NCBI GenBank assembly: GCA_051294905.1
Contig: CM119371.1
Location: 11,222,001-11,286,000, forward strand
Reading direction: 5' to 3'
From: Botryllus schlosseri
Lineage: Eukaryota
Length of the DNA stretch: 64,000 bases
Part shown: piece by piece, positions 36,281 to 50,137 of the stretch
How positions within the stretch are numbered: position 1 is the first letter of the stretch
Layout of the letters: every line of letters begins with the position of its first letter
Program-made: the position numbers and the translations under genes
The notes under the pieces: model-generated
The model's database searches: none
Told to the model about the DNA's origin: nothing
The model's input: only the letters and a program-made list of their open reading frames with translations

Positions 36281-37594
36281 CGGGACACGTCAGGAGTACT
36301 TTGAGTGGAAAAAGCTAATGAAAGTATCAAAAAGGTACAGAAATTTCTAAAAGTCAATTTTGTCTGGGAGACGCAAATATTCTGCAATCATTCAGAGATT
36401 GATCTTGGTGACAATCGCAATATGACTAATGACACTGACTTCTAAAATATCCTCAGATACCGTGACACGGGGCCTGTTTCATGAGGTTTGAATGACAATT
36501 TACAAATAAAAGAGAATCAAATGAAAACCACTTAAAAAACTTAAAAAGGGAGTTTATTTCTTAAAGAACCTGTTGAAGAAACAGTTGGAAGTAGTCTACA
36601 AGAGCATACGAGCAAAGTAGTGCAAGAAGGCAAATTATACTGTCGTTCCCCAAAAATGGAGTAGTAGCCTACTTCGCTACTCTAAAGTGCTGCAGAATAG
36701 TATCATTGGTGTCCATCTTTATGCACTAATTTATACCAATAACAATCCATTTTTTCAACCAGTTTTCGAATGAAAATAAAACATATATACTACGGATGGT
36801 ACAAACCCCTAAAAGGTTCAGGTTCGTGTGAACGCGAATCTTGTTGAATGGTTCTGTGTGAACGTGAACGTGAACCTTTGGACATCACGTGACGTCATAT
36901 TGCCAATAGAAACCCTACATTTTAGAACACATAAGCCGCAATGCATAATTAAGTACTTGCTGACGCTTTAAACGTCACGAAATGCGTCAGACTGAGCAAT
37001 CAAATGCTGTAATAAAATCAATATCTTCCGTCGCTTGTCAATAATTTCGACGAGGACTGAAAAGGGAACATAAGTTAACGCCTTAACGGTCCAGGCTAGA
37101 CCGGACAATATATTCGACTATAGTTACATTGGTATTGAGCAGAGTGTAAAACTGGTTTCTATACTTACATCCGATAGTACCCCATGAACAATTTATACAG
37201 TAGCCAACACCCCATTCGCACGGATTTGGTTTTTATGATGCAATGAACATATCAAATCAAGATGCACCCCGTATGGTTGCTATATTTTTTACAGTAGAAA
37301 ACGATGATGTATTCTATATATCAATTTCACTGATTGTTTGAATAAGCATCATTTGCTGACTTCCTGATGCAGTGTACTATGGTATTGATGTCGGGTCATC
37401 ACGGGTCAAGCTCACAGCAGAGAGGCACTAAATATCCACAAGCGTAAAGCTGACTATTTCGAGCGAACTTTTATAACAAAGCAAGTAAAATATTTGAGAT
37501 TGGCAAGTGCATGCTCGTTTAATGTTGATTTTTTATCCGAAGTTGAAATGCAGAGAATTTCAACCAAAGGTGTTTTTTTAGTGACATGAACAAT

Positions 37595-38213
37595 AGGGCT
37601 CTTCAAAAATGAGTTTTTCCTCAAATCGTACTGGTTAGTTGATAAAATTGTTAGGTTACCTAATTTAAGCCTACACACGAAATTTGGCTCAATTCCAGCC
37701 AGTAACCGCTTTGCTACAGGAGAAGTAAGTTTCTATTTATTATATAAAAATAAATAATAAAAAATTTGAAAATTTTCTGTTCATCCCATGAAAGTGTTAG
37801 GCTGTCTATAAAAACGACGCTCACCAAATTTGGTTCAATTCCAACCAGTGGGAGCGGTGTTATTGCCGTCGAAAAATTTGGATTTGGATATAATAGTATT
37901 TACGGTGACCGATTCTTCGTTTATTTATTATAGTTGTGCTCACCGTAAATACTATTTTATTCAAATCAAAGTTTTCGACGGCAATAACTCCGTTTCTATA
38001 GACAGCCTAACACTTTCATGGGGTGACCAGAACATTTTCAAATTTTTCATTATTAATTTTTATATATTAAATAGAAACTTTCTTATTCTGTAACAAAGCG
38101 GTTACTGGCTGGAATTGAACCAAATTTTGTGTGTAGGCTTAAATTAGGTAACTTAACAATTTTATCAAGTAGCCAGTACGATTTGAGAAAAAAAGTCATT
38201 TTTGAAGAGCCCT
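37595..38213. mobile_element. PIF/Harbinger-like foldback MITE inserted in LINE ORF1
   Basis: Long TIRs AGGGCTCTTCAAAAATGA / TCATTTTTGAAGAGCCCT; 3-bp TSD AAT; partial relative at about 46225-46560. Confidence 0.7.
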
Positions 38214-38532
38214 AATGACTGCGATCTGTCGCATATAAGAAGTACTACCGTGCTTTGTAATCCAAATAGTTCGTGTGATGATGTCACCCAAAGTGAAGAA
38301 TATGACGTCGGTAATTTAAATAAGATTATATCCAATACCCACCCCTTGCTCTTTTTCGCCTGTATGGCGGAGATTATCAACCGAATTATTGTGGCGTGTC
38401 GACAGAACGAAGAACTAGATGTTCCTACATTGATATCGTCAGCGTTCGGAAAGTGATTGAGTTTATCATTCGATTCTACCGCCATAAAAGATATGCTAGA
38501 TACGATACCGGACAATCTTCAATCATAATGGC

Positions 38533-41500
38533 TTGTTAATATTACAATGGAACTGTCGTGGTATATACCGAAAGCTACCTGAATTTAAAAGATACATAAC
38601 GGAACTACCAACACAACCTGACATCATACTTCTCCAGGAAACGCATCTAATTGCGAATTATAAGCCGGTATTTCAAGGATATTGCATACTACGACTAGAT
38701 AAAACTGTACGCAGTGGTGGACTGGCAGTAATCATCAAACAGGAACTGAAGTTTACGCAATGTAATGTCACCAAACCCCCCGCTATCGATGTTCTTTGCA
38801 TTGATGTATCTGGAACTAAAATATGCAATGTATATATTGCACCAGATTCACCAGTAGACCGCAACACGTTTAGTTCATGGAGAACTTATCAAGAAAGGCT
38901 TTGATCTTCGGCGATTTCAATGCGCACCACTGGGCGTGGAGTGGGGACGTAACAAACAGACGAGGTACATACTTATACGATGCATTAGATAAATATACGA
39001 TCGTCTCTCTCAATATCCAGTCACCGACTCATTTGAATACAGCGTGCAATGCTGTACGCAGATGGTCGCTTATTGACCTATCATTAGCATCAGCGGATAT
39101 CGCAAACAAATGCTCGACCCACGTAACTACCGATGTTCTGGATAGTGACCACCTTATAGTGCTCACCACGTATATGTGCAGAACCCAGAGAGCGAAAATA
39201 AAGCCACCCAGCTGGTCACTCGGTAAAGCAGATTGGGAAACATTCAGAAATAATGTAGGTACCAATAGTCATTCAGAATCGAATGCTGGTATCGATGCCG
39301 TTGTAAATGAATTCACGGAAAGCATTCTCCATGCTGCTAGTATATCAATTCCTATGACTCGCAACCATCGGAAATCTCCGAATCCTTGGTGGAATGAAGA
39401 GTGCTCTAGGGCTGTAAGAAGGAAGAAAGCAGCATTTATGAAAATGAGAAGAACCTTTAACCAGCATGACATTCTTCAATTCAAAAGGGAACGTCCCCGA
39501 TGTAAGAGGGTAATATTGACGTCGAAGCGAGATTCTTGGAGGGCTTTCTGTGGAATCCTTGAAGCACGCGCTAATCTACAAAAGGTATGGAAAGTAGTTC
39601 ATTCAATTTCCAATAAGCATAGTCATCGTGGGGTACCTTCATTGAAAGTAAATGGTAATTTAACTACAGCCGACCATGAAATCGCTAATGAGATTGCTTC
39701 AACGTTCAAAAATGTAAGCAGCGATTCGAATTTCCCGTCGAACTTTATTGCAACGAGACAAAGTCTTCTTTTGACTGATTGTTACAGTGGCCCCGGTAAT
39801 GATCAACTTAATATCGCCTTTTCATTGACGGAACTGGCCATGGCTTTAAGAACTAAGAAAAATACGTCACCTGGGGGCGACCAATTATGCTATGCTATGT
39901 TCAAAAATCTTCCGCACCAAGGTTTACTGAGATTGCTTGAGATAATAAATTACTCTTGGTCAACGGGTACTATTCCGAAACATTGGAGTCATGCGGTGAT
40001 AATCCCAATCTTGAAGCCGGGTAAAGATCCCACCTCTGCCAACTCTTATCGTCCTATTTCCCTGACCAGCCATATGTGCAAAGTAATGGAAACTATGGTG
40101 GCGAATAGACTTTCATGGTACTTGGAAAAGAATGGATTACTACATACATCACAGTCCGGGTTTAGGAGAGGGAGACGAGCCCTCGATCACGTTCTTCGAT
40201 TGCATGACACAGTTTATCGAGCAATTAACAATGGACGGGTTGTATTAGCGGTTTTCCTTGACATTAAACGGGCTTATGACATGGTATGGCGTGATGGATT
40301 AATTTTAAAACTGAAACAAATCGGAATTTGTGGGGAAATGTTAACTTGGATGAAATGCTTTTTATCAAACCGAACATTACAAGTAAGGATTGGATGCACT
40401 CTCTCAGGAATCAATGAATTGGAAAATGGTATCCCACAAGGAAGTGTACTATCACCTTTATTTTTGCAATTATGAATAATGACCTTCCTCAAGTTATATG
40501 TTCCCAGCTTGGACTATATGCTGACGACTGTGCAATCTGGCAATCTGGGCTCAATATTATTGAGCCGACGCAAAGTATTCAATCCAGCCTAACTGCGATC
40601 TCCAACTGGTGTGCTAAATGGGGTTTTGTTATATCGAAGGAGAAGACGGTCGCCATGCTCTTTACAAGAAGGCGTAAAGTCACGATTCCTGTATTACGCA
40701 TTGATAATTATATTATCAATTTTGCGGACAATTTCAAGTATCTGGGAATTATTTTTGACAAGAAACTGAACTACAAGGGGCACATCGACTACGTAGCGAC
40801 GAAATGTGCGGGCCGCATCAATTTACTCAGAATGCTTTCAGGTACCACATGGGGAGCATCCAATAATCTTCTAGTTGTGCTCTACAGGACTCTCATCAGG
40901 TCAGTAATCGAATACGGTATGGAAGCATACTTCTTCGCTCCGAGGACATATCTGAAGAAAGTAGAGACTATTCGCAATCAAGCTCTACGTATATGTTGCG
41001 GAGCGATGGTCAGTACACCAATTTCTGTAATTGAAATTGAATTCAATGATATGCCTCTATCCCTACGGCACTTGTATCTGTGTTTAAAATATAAATATTG
41101 TCTCAGCACCCAACAAACCCACCCAACTAGTTCGATTTTGGAAGAATCATGGGAAGATATATACAGCTTAATAAATGAACGATTTTCAACCTTTCGATCC
41201 TTAACCAGTGGTGCTGACCTTCGTGATTTGCACGCAACTGGGCAAGTCATATTACCAATACCCCCGTGGATTGCTCAAGCACCTGATGTAGACTCATCAT
41301 TGACAAAATCATTTGGCAGAAATTCCCCTGCAGAAATTGTTAAGGTGACATTTCGGGACCATATTTTCTCGAACTACAGTGATCATACACTTGTATATAC
41401 GGATGGTTCGAAGACATTGTCAGGATGTGGTTATGCCGTATACATTCCTCGGCTGAATGTAAAACTGTCTGTGACGCTTCCTAAATGGTTTTCAATATTT

Positions 41501-42223
41501 TATGTAGAGTTGCATGCCATCAAAGATGCATTATCGTGGGTTGAAAGGAACACGCAGAGTAAAATTGCTATAGTAAGTGACAGTCTGAGTGCCCTAACCG
41601 CCATCGCCAATCATGGGTCGGTCAATGACTATGTTTTGAACGATATATTAGAATATATTGCAGAACTGCAAAATAACAATAAATCAATCACGTTCATCTG
41701 GATACCTGGGCATGCTGGTATTCGTGGTAACGAAATCGCCGATCAATTAGCCAAAGACGCTGCGTCAAGAAAGGATGAAGGGAACAATCACTTATTACCT
41801 CTGCGAGATGCATTGTCCGTCTTGAGACAACATTGTAGATGTGAATGGGATCAGATGTACCAAAGCACTGAGACCGGAAGAGCGTATAAGAATCTGCGAC
41901 CATCAATTACCGACGATATAGCTCAGATTGGAACACGGCGAAGAGACGTAATTCTACTTAGATTAAGAAGCGGCCATTGCAGACTGAATCAACATCTGCA
42001 TAAGATCCGCTGTTCTGAGACTCCACTATGTCAGCAATGTAATGCAGAAGAATCTGTAGAGCACTTTTTGTTACATTGTGTGAGATATGAACATCAAAGA
42101 AGACAACTACATCATGCTGCGCGAGTGAGCCGAATAAATTGGGAGCTGAAAGACGTTTTAACAGATCCAACGATATTGGATAATGTTGTACAGTTCGTGA
42201 TATCGTCTGGACGACCTATATAG
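38533..42223 (+). pseudogene. LINE ORF2 (endonuclease, RT, RNase H, zinc knuckle)
   Basis: ILQWNCRG, LQETH, GDFNAHH, SDH; YRPISLT, QSGFR, PQGSVLSP, YADD; YTDGS, WIPGHAGIRGNEIAD; CQQCNAEESVEHFLLHC. Frameshifts near 38875 and 40470. Confidence 0.93.
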
Positions 42224-42808
42224 TATAGCTAATACATGTTGTATATTCATTATTTGTATAACCAAATGTCGTGTTTGTATATTGTCGGCTAGCTCCTTAC
42301 ATTGAATGTGCATATTGGTATACCTGTAGAACTGAGCGATGCTGTATATATTTTGATAATGCAAATTCATTGTAAAAACAACTATAGAAGTGGCGCACAA
42401 AACCTGAGCCGTGATAAGCGCCACTATCACGATTTTTACTTATAATAATAATAATAATAACAATCGTAATATATGAAAAGGGTTCACAGTTCAGAATCTA
42501 CGAAGGTTCGTTTGTGAACTTGAACCTCTCAATTTCTGAGATTCACACACATAACGCCAACGTTAAACTCATGCTCACACCATCCCCAATATACACATAT
42601 AAACATACCATTGGATTATATATCATGGCTTTTTCGATACGCTTTCAAACCTTCAAGCGTTGTCGCGACGACAAATCACTAGCTCCATATTTACTCCACG
42701 TTTTCGCACTGATTGGACTGTGTTTTGTCCCGAAACTAGTTCTTAGAGTGGTGGATTCGTTCGCATAGACAAATGATATATTTGAACAGTTGGTTTGTGG
42801 TACAGCAC

Positions 42809-43308
42809 TTGAAGATAGCTTTCAATACAACATCCATTGTAGTAAAATATTTATTCAACTCGAAGACTTTTCGGGTGCCTCTTTTCAAGAGTTAACGGTA
42901 CACTAAAGGGATTTAAACAGAATGAAAAGCAAAACCAGAAAGGTGAAGTATGACGCAACAATCAGAAATAACATACGATGAAGTCCGCAATGTAACGATG
43001 GCAACAATAAGAAACTTGAAGAGTACTGTACTAGTAACATAGCATTTTGAAACCAAACAATAGCAAACACGAATTAGAACGCACTAATGGGAAATTTGTA
43101 AGTTATACGTTCTAATTCGTGTTTGCTATTGTTTGGTTTCAAAATGCTATGTTACTAGTACCATACTCTTCAAGTTTGTTATTGTTGCCATCGTTACATC
43201 CCTTCAGTGTGCCGTTAACTCTTGAAAAGACGCCAGAGGCACCCGAAAAGTCTTCGAGTTGAAAAAATATTTTACTACAATGGATGTTGTATTGAAAGCT
43301 ATCTTCAA
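42809..43308. repeat. Long imperfect palindrome (foldback)
   Basis: Arms 42809-43081 and 43108-43308 are near-identical reverse complements around a 26-nt spacer; the left arm carries about 80 extra bp. Confidence 0.9.
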
Positions 43309-43618
43309 ATGATGCATTACTTTTGATAAATTAGTTGAAAAAATACCAATGTGCATCGTCTCACAGCTGTCAACAATGATATGTTTTTATCAAGTCCAGC
43401 GTACTCTGAGCATGCCGCGAGTCATGGTGTCATTCACACTCTATGTATTGATTCGAGTCTTTTCAAAGAGAGATCAGCGTGTTTATTTGTGCGATTATCA
43501 ACAGTGATACAAGGTTTCTTTGATCTCGTGTTCTGTGAGTAAATCTCGAGACCTGCCGCCATTCATGGCGTGAGCAAATTTATATTTTTTATCGTTGTGG
43601 AAAATCAAGATGACTTAC

Positions 43619-43844
43619 TTTTAGACACGGAGTCTTGCGCAATTAATTTCATTTTTCCGCAATCTTCAATGTTTGCGACTTCCAAATCCACATAGCGACG
43701 AAGCTCTTTGCTATAATACTGTATTGTAAATTGACAGTTCCTAATTTCCTCTTCGAAAGCTTTCCAGACTGCAATTTCGACCTCTGATTCGTCGGTCACT
43801 TCCACAGCCTTATTGAAATTTTTGTAACGAACTAATAGCTTCAT
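43619..43844 (-). CDS. First coding exon of an unknown protein, PB1/ubiquitin-like pattern
   Basis: MKLLVRYKNFNKAVEV..FTIQYYSKELRRYVDLEVANIEDCGKMKLI followed by a GTAAGT donor (phase 1); fold assignment from motif memory only. Confidence 0.45.
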
Positions 43845-44960
43845 AACGTTGTCGTTAAATAGTAGCCTAGCATCTGTACACGAAATCAAATTTGAATAGG
43901 CCCCACGAATATACTTCGACATCTCTATTGAAGTATTTCCTACTCAGATGTCGATATCATACGAAGGTCTCCGCAAGTTCAGTCGGACTTGAGTGTAACT
44001 ATTCAATTAAGCAAATAAAATGTCTTCAACACTGGGCCTACTGTCTCCGCGGGAGCAGTTAATAATAATTTGTAAGAGCAACATTCCCATATTTAAGGAG
44101 CGAAATGGTTTAACGGAAACGTGGAGACACTGCTTCATTGTGCAAACTGGTGCTATCACCAATATTTCACTTCTGGAGGAAGACTTCGAGTCACAGTGGA
44201 ATGAAACAGTACAGTTAGTATACCTGGACCTCAGTGTCGAGTTATCACGAAACGAGTTGGTCAATTACCTTAAACGACAATTTGGCGAACCAACCAGTTT
44301 CGAAATGCTTTTTTTTCTGCGTTGCGCTGTTCTGCAAAACAAACCGGCAACGGTACGCGACCCAACGGTCACTGACCACTCACGTGACATGAACGGAAAC
44401 TTGTAATACAAAACAAGTTATATTCAAAGATATTTACTCGGTAATTGTCCGTACTTGTCTTGTCCGTGAAGGGTATCTCGAATCCTAATTTTAGATTGCA
44501 GAATCCGGATTAAACGACCATCTCTATTGACGGAAGAGTCTCGATTACGACCTTGGTGCCGCATACGCGGTCAGAGAATGTTTGTAAAATATTCCTTCTC
44601 GCAGATCTCAATATAATCAAGCGATGTGAACCCTAACTGAAACCGCCATCCTAATAACATACAACTATAACGCGTAAATCACCATGTTCACGAATGCGTA
44701 TAATATGTACGTGCAAGTCCAGCCATTTGTTTAGCTATGTTACGCGGAAGGGCAATTGGTAAAGATTTGAATAGGCCATCCATATGCAGGGAACAGTAAG
44801 GTCACTCAATGTCGTGGGGTAAGCCCAATCACCTGGAGTACCTAATATACGGATCCACGCGCACCTATACCATTGCCGTGCGCATTAAAGTGTGTGTTAC
44901 AACAATTAATCATGTATTGGTTAAAAGAAGACTTTTCAATACAAGGAAGATCGGATAGAC

Positions 44961-45405
44961 TAGGCTTACCATACGTCCTCTTTTAAGGGGATTTGTCCTC
45001 TTTTTTGGCTTTTTTGAAAGTGCCCTCGGAAGACGCCCTTTTGTCCTCTTTTTTGAGATTTTGTCCTCTTTTTTGAAAATTTAGGCAGATTTAGAGCAAA
45101 TTGCGAGTGATATGCCGCATATTAGCACAGAAGTGAAGCTCTGGCGGTCGTTTCGGAGTGAAAAACGGTGATTTTAGCTCTGAGCGAAAAGATGACCTTT
45201 TTTTTTTTTTTTAGTCATCCACCTGGCAATGTGGAGTAAAAAACGTTATTTTGAGCTCTGAGCAGAAGTGATGACCTTTTTTTTAGTCAACCGATCACAA
45301 AGTGGGAAAAATTAACCGGTTTTTGAGAATTTTACTCCGGTTTTGCAAGTTGCAAATTTCTGAAAAAGTGTCCTCTTTTTTGATTTCCAAAATATGGTAA
45401 GCCTA
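44961..45405. mobile_element. hAT-type MITE (TAGGCTTACCATA family)
   Basis: TIR TAGGCTTACCATA / TATGGTAAGCCTA; perfect TSD GGATAGAC; sister copies 60050-60489 and 61658-62086. Confidence 0.85.
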
Positions 45406-46639
45406 GGATAGACTGATCCAGGAGAGTAGAGATACGCTTGTTCCCGCGACGTCTTTGTATATAACTTTTGACCCATCAGACCATCAGCATAAGATTAAAA
45501 AATGGCGTTGAAATGTCACTGAAATCGAATGCAGACTCGCATAGTCGGTATTCGAATCGCTTTGTCTCATCTCATATGCCCATTAGGGTGGTAGATGTCC
45601 CAATTATATAGTCGTCGAGAGAGCGAGATATGACATTGTAAATATGCGCGAGTAGTCATTTACCGAAATCGCATATGTCCTCGATATTGGGCATATGCCG
45701 GATATGACACTCCAGCTCTAGATGTCCTGATAAGATAGGCGTGTGTTCGTATATTTACGTTGGTATCCTTTGACTTTGAGTTGAGTAGAGCTAGTAATCA
45801 GTGGCAATCATTATTTTCTCGTTGAGCTTGTTTCTATATTTATACCGTGTGTTTCGTGATAGACCTACATCGTGCCTGTATTCTCCCTAAAGAAGTAATT
45901 CTATAGTGTTCGCCTCTGTTAGAATTCTGTTTAGGAATAAATATAGTTGACTCACATTAAAATTTACTAGTGTTCTAGAAATGTTCAGAATGTAGCAACC
46001 GGCGTCAAAAGTGATATTTCAACACACCTCTCCATCCCGTTAGAAAAGAATTTTTGTAACTTGGTGACTCCGTACATGATTGACAATTTTTCGATTCGCA
46101 CAGCGTTTGCACATCGCTGAAAGCATTACGCTGTACTCACGGATATTTTCATGTTTGACAGATCGTTGGTTAGTGTGCATTAGCTACCATAGAAGAATTA
46201 GCATATGTCAAATAAGTGTTCATAGGGCTGTTCAAAAAAAACTTTTTCTACAGATTTCACTGGCTACTTGATAAAATTGTTAGGTTGGTGACAACGCTGC
46301 ACACCAATTTTGGCTCAATTCCAACTAGCGGAAGCGATTTTCTTGCAATAGAAAGTTTTGAATTTAGCATTAAAAACTAAAAAATTTAAATTTTTCTGGC
46401 AACCCCCTAATATTGTTAGGCTGTCCGTAGAAATGATGCACAACCAACCACTAGAAGCGAAATTATTTCAGCATAAAAGTTTGGATTTAAATAAAATAGT
46501 AGGCTATTTACGGTGACTAACTCTTTAATTATTTATTATAAAATTATGGAATTGGGAATTTTTCTACTGCAATACCTTCGCTTCGCTTCGTTTGGTGCAA
46601 ACACCAAGCACTGTTTGTGACTTGTTGCCGTCCGCTAGG

Positions 46640-47280
46640 AAAGAGCAATGCTACCCTTAAAGTCACGAATTTTCTACAAATTCTTGCGTGGTACCAAATT
46701 TGTGGTCGTAACTAACCGAAAACCGCTGTCAGCTATTTCTCACGGGACAAGATAACTCCCATAATTATGGTGCAACGCTGACTGCTATGGGCACTAACGC
46801 AGATGGCTCGCCAATACGTTTCCGTTACCAATTGACTCGTTCCTCATTACCAACATTGCATGGATAGTTCACTGTGATGACCTGTTGTAACTTGCCCGTG
46901 CACACGGAATCCACTTTTTATTCAGATAGGTGAATACAAAAGACTTTTGACAATATATAATGATTATGAATGGCTATCAACGGAAGGAATACATTTCCAC
47001 GGAACACTACACTGGTTACCATCCAGAGTCACTGAGAGACAAAACCATGAAACTAAAGAAATTATCCATCGCTTATGGCAGTGCTTCGCAACCGGTGGGT
47101 CACGGAGCAATGCATGGTGGGTCGTGAAGACGTTCTAAATGTCATACCTTCGTATTCAATTTTCAAACTATTCCAAACACTCGTTATTCTCAAGATTAGA
47201 CGAGTAAATGCACATTCTCCTCCTCCAAATAAAATTGTTTTGCGCCAACAAACGCCACAAGCCACGATGCTGTGCTCACA
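46640..47280 (+). pseudogene. Decayed Gypsy RNase H-integrase fragment
   Basis: FYKFLRGTKFVVVTNRKPLSAI and LLWAL resemble the RNase H KFxxYLxGxxF..TDHKPL..RW motif; many stops. Confidence 0.5.
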
Positions 47281-50137
47281 ATAGTTCGTGAGCCAGATTA
47301 GTACCCGTTCACGTTCTGTGTGTGAACTTCAGAAATTGAGAGGATCACGTTCACAAACGAACCTTGGTAGGTTCTACACTGCGAACCTTTCTCATATACT
47401 ACAATTTTCACTTCATTATAACATATTTGGTTGGAATTTATTGCATTTCAACTGCGGGCCACTCTATGTATGGCGCTGGCATCATAACAAAAAATCAACA
47501 CTAAACCAGCATACACCTGGACAATCCCAACAATTTCACTCGCCTTGTTACAAAATTTTACTCGAAATATCCTGCTTTCCATTTGTAAATATTTAGTGAC
47601 TCTCTGCTGTGAGCTTGACCGGCAATGACACAACATCAAGGGCAAAATACACTATCATGTAGTCTGCGAATGATGAGTATTCGACCAATCAAGGGAATTG
47701 ATATCGTTGTCTGATGTAAAAAATCTAGCAGGTGTACGAGGTCAATCTTGACTTCATATGTTTATTGTATCATAAAAACAAAATCGACGCGATTGGGGTG
47801 TTGGCTACTGCTGTAAAACTTGTTAATGTGATAATATATGTAGCAAGTAGAGAAACCCGTTTCAAACTCTTCTCAATAAAAGCGTCGCGATACTCAGACG
47901 CCTAATACATCGTCCGGTCTGGCCTATACCGTTAAGGCGTAAGCTTATATTCCCTTGCACGCCCTCGTCGAAATTGTTGGCAAAGTTGCGAAAGGTAATG
48001 ATTTTGTGGGATTATTTTATCATTTGATTACCACAGTAGATATATTTGGCGACGTTGAAAACTCCAATATGTACTTCAGCATTGTGGCTTTATTTGGCCC
48101 GAATCGTCGCTAGGTATCGTGTACACATAAATATAGACCAGTGGTTCCTAACCTTGCCTCCAGCGCCTCCCAAGGGGCGCTGGCGATTTTGAAGGGGCGG
48201 AAACGCTCAGGGGGCAAAATGGGGGGGCGCTGGGCTCAGGGTGGCGGTATGGGGAGCGCTGGAGAAAAATGGCTTCGCAGTAGATGATGTGGTGGTAGGA
48301 CATATCCTTAATGAGTATTCGGAGCAAATTCACACCGAAAACTTCGTTATATATAATCTACAAAGGACATGTAGGTTTAATTGTCCATGGGCGCCTAAAT
48401 GACTGGCACCGAATGTTCCTGTCTTGGCACTCTCAACCCCAGAAGAGGAATTCCATCTGGTGGGGAAAAATTATATGCCAGTGACGAAATACCAATTTGA
48501 AATCGTGTGAGTCTTTTAGTTTAGTGATTGGGCGACAGGGATATCTAAAACTAGATATTCTTGTTGAGCGATTCTATATTTTGTGATATAGCAGACAGGA
48601 GGTCACGAAATAACATCATGCAATGAAGTCATACCAACGGGTTCGCCCGCCCGAATATGTTTAATTAATAGTTACGGGCCCTACAGTTTCGAAGACACCT
48701 CACAATGTTCGCTCTACGTTTTGATGAGTCTGCGCACACTCAACAACTCACTGCGCAGACCCTTGAACAACAGTGCGTAACGACTAAAAAAAGGTCATAA
48801 CTTCGGATTTGTTGTGCGCAACGTAGATTTTCTGTGCGCAGAGACCGTGTCGGCACTATGCCCACGTGCGCAGCTTAGAGGGGACATTGCACCTCACTCA
48901 GCTCTACTGGTAAATCTGGTAACGTGAGCAGAGAGGACAAGGAATTGATAGCAATATATATGCAATTCCCGATCTTACTGACCGATTTTATCATGAATTA
49001 TCGTAGGTTTTCGCGCTTCGCACTGGCTCGCTAAACAGTACAGCTGATTTCGTGGCAAAAGCGAACAACGTGATGGGGGGGGGGACGATCGGTTTATTAC
49101 CCTATGGGAGCCCAAGACCCAAGTTTTTTCGACGAGCCTGACGAAGTGCCGTTTCGTTCCTGCCAACGAGTATACGTCCGAAGATGTATAATTATTATTG
49201 AAGGGTCCTACCTTTTCAATCACACATCACTCAGCTCTACCGGTAAATGTGTTTACTTTAGAAGAGAGAGCATAAAAATTGATATCAATATACATGCAAT
49301 TCCCGATTATATTGACCAAATCAATCCTTAATTATTGAAACTTTTAGCGCTCGGCGCGTCTAGATGAGCACAGCTGGCACAGTAAATGGACAGTGGACAC
49401 CCAATGTAGATGACTAGTATCAGCAAATAGCGGATAGCAGAAGTGGGGTCTGGGATCGAAGCCCCCCAGAAGTTTGGTTTATCACCAGATGGGGGCCAAG
49501 ACCAACGTTTTTGGGGGGGCTGACGAAGTGCTGTTACGTCCCTGGTAACGAATTAATTGTACCTACGGGCACGCCCGAATATGTTTAATTATTAATTACG
49601 TGCCGTTTATTTCCCCATACAACAGCTCACTAAGCGCTACTGGTAAATCTGATTTCGTGGGCTGGGAGGATAAAAAATTTATAGCGGCTTATATATGTAA
49701 CTAACAGCTATTCATTCATGCATTATAGAAAATTTTGGTACCTAGGGCGAACAGGCCACACAAACTTTGCTGACCATCGAAATCACGCTACGGGGTTCTT
49801 GTATCGAAGCCCTCGGAAGCTTGGTTTATCTTATCACGTTATGGGTGCGCGAGGTAATCTTTTTTAGGGGGTTGACGAACTGCTGTTACGGCCCTCCCTC
49901 TTACTCATTGTCTTTATTACATTCCATACAATATGAGGTTGATGGGGGGGGGGGCGCTGGAGGAAAAAAGGTTAAGAACCACTGATATAGACTATCACTT
50001 CACTGAAATGTTGGGTTTCAATTAGCAATGCGACGTCACCTAACGTCATGAGGTTCACGTTCGCGTTCACACAGAACCTTTCAATAACGTATGTGTTCAA
50101 AGGAACCTGAACCTTTCAGAGGTTCACACCATCCCTA
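47280..50137. mobile_element. TAGGGATG-family MITE (inverted) with nested hAT
   Basis: 47280-47400 and 50020-50137 match the two ends of 62676-63535 in reverse; left boundary approximate. Confidence 0.6.
48139..49984. mobile_element. hAT non-autonomous element with internal tandem repeats
   Basis: TIR CAGTGGTTCCTAACC / GGTTAAGAACCACTG; perfect TSD ATATAGAC. Confidence 0.85.

Larger units (their letters stand above)
37460..42460 (+). mobile_element. 5'-truncated I-group (Nimb/I-like) LINE with (TAA)n tail
   Basis: ORF1 C-terminal remnant, ORF2 APE-RT-RNase H-CCHC and (TAA)n at about 42443-42458; 5' boundary approximate. Confidence 0.88.
36791..42588. mobile_element. TAGGGATG-type hAT MITE split by a LINE insertion
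   Basis: Both halves match the intact copy 62676-63535; TSD ATATATAC/ATATACAC. Confidence 0.75.

Noticed and set aside
44020-44406. 128-aa plus-strand ORF
   Set aside because: No recognisable motif or splice context; may be decayed TE sequence.
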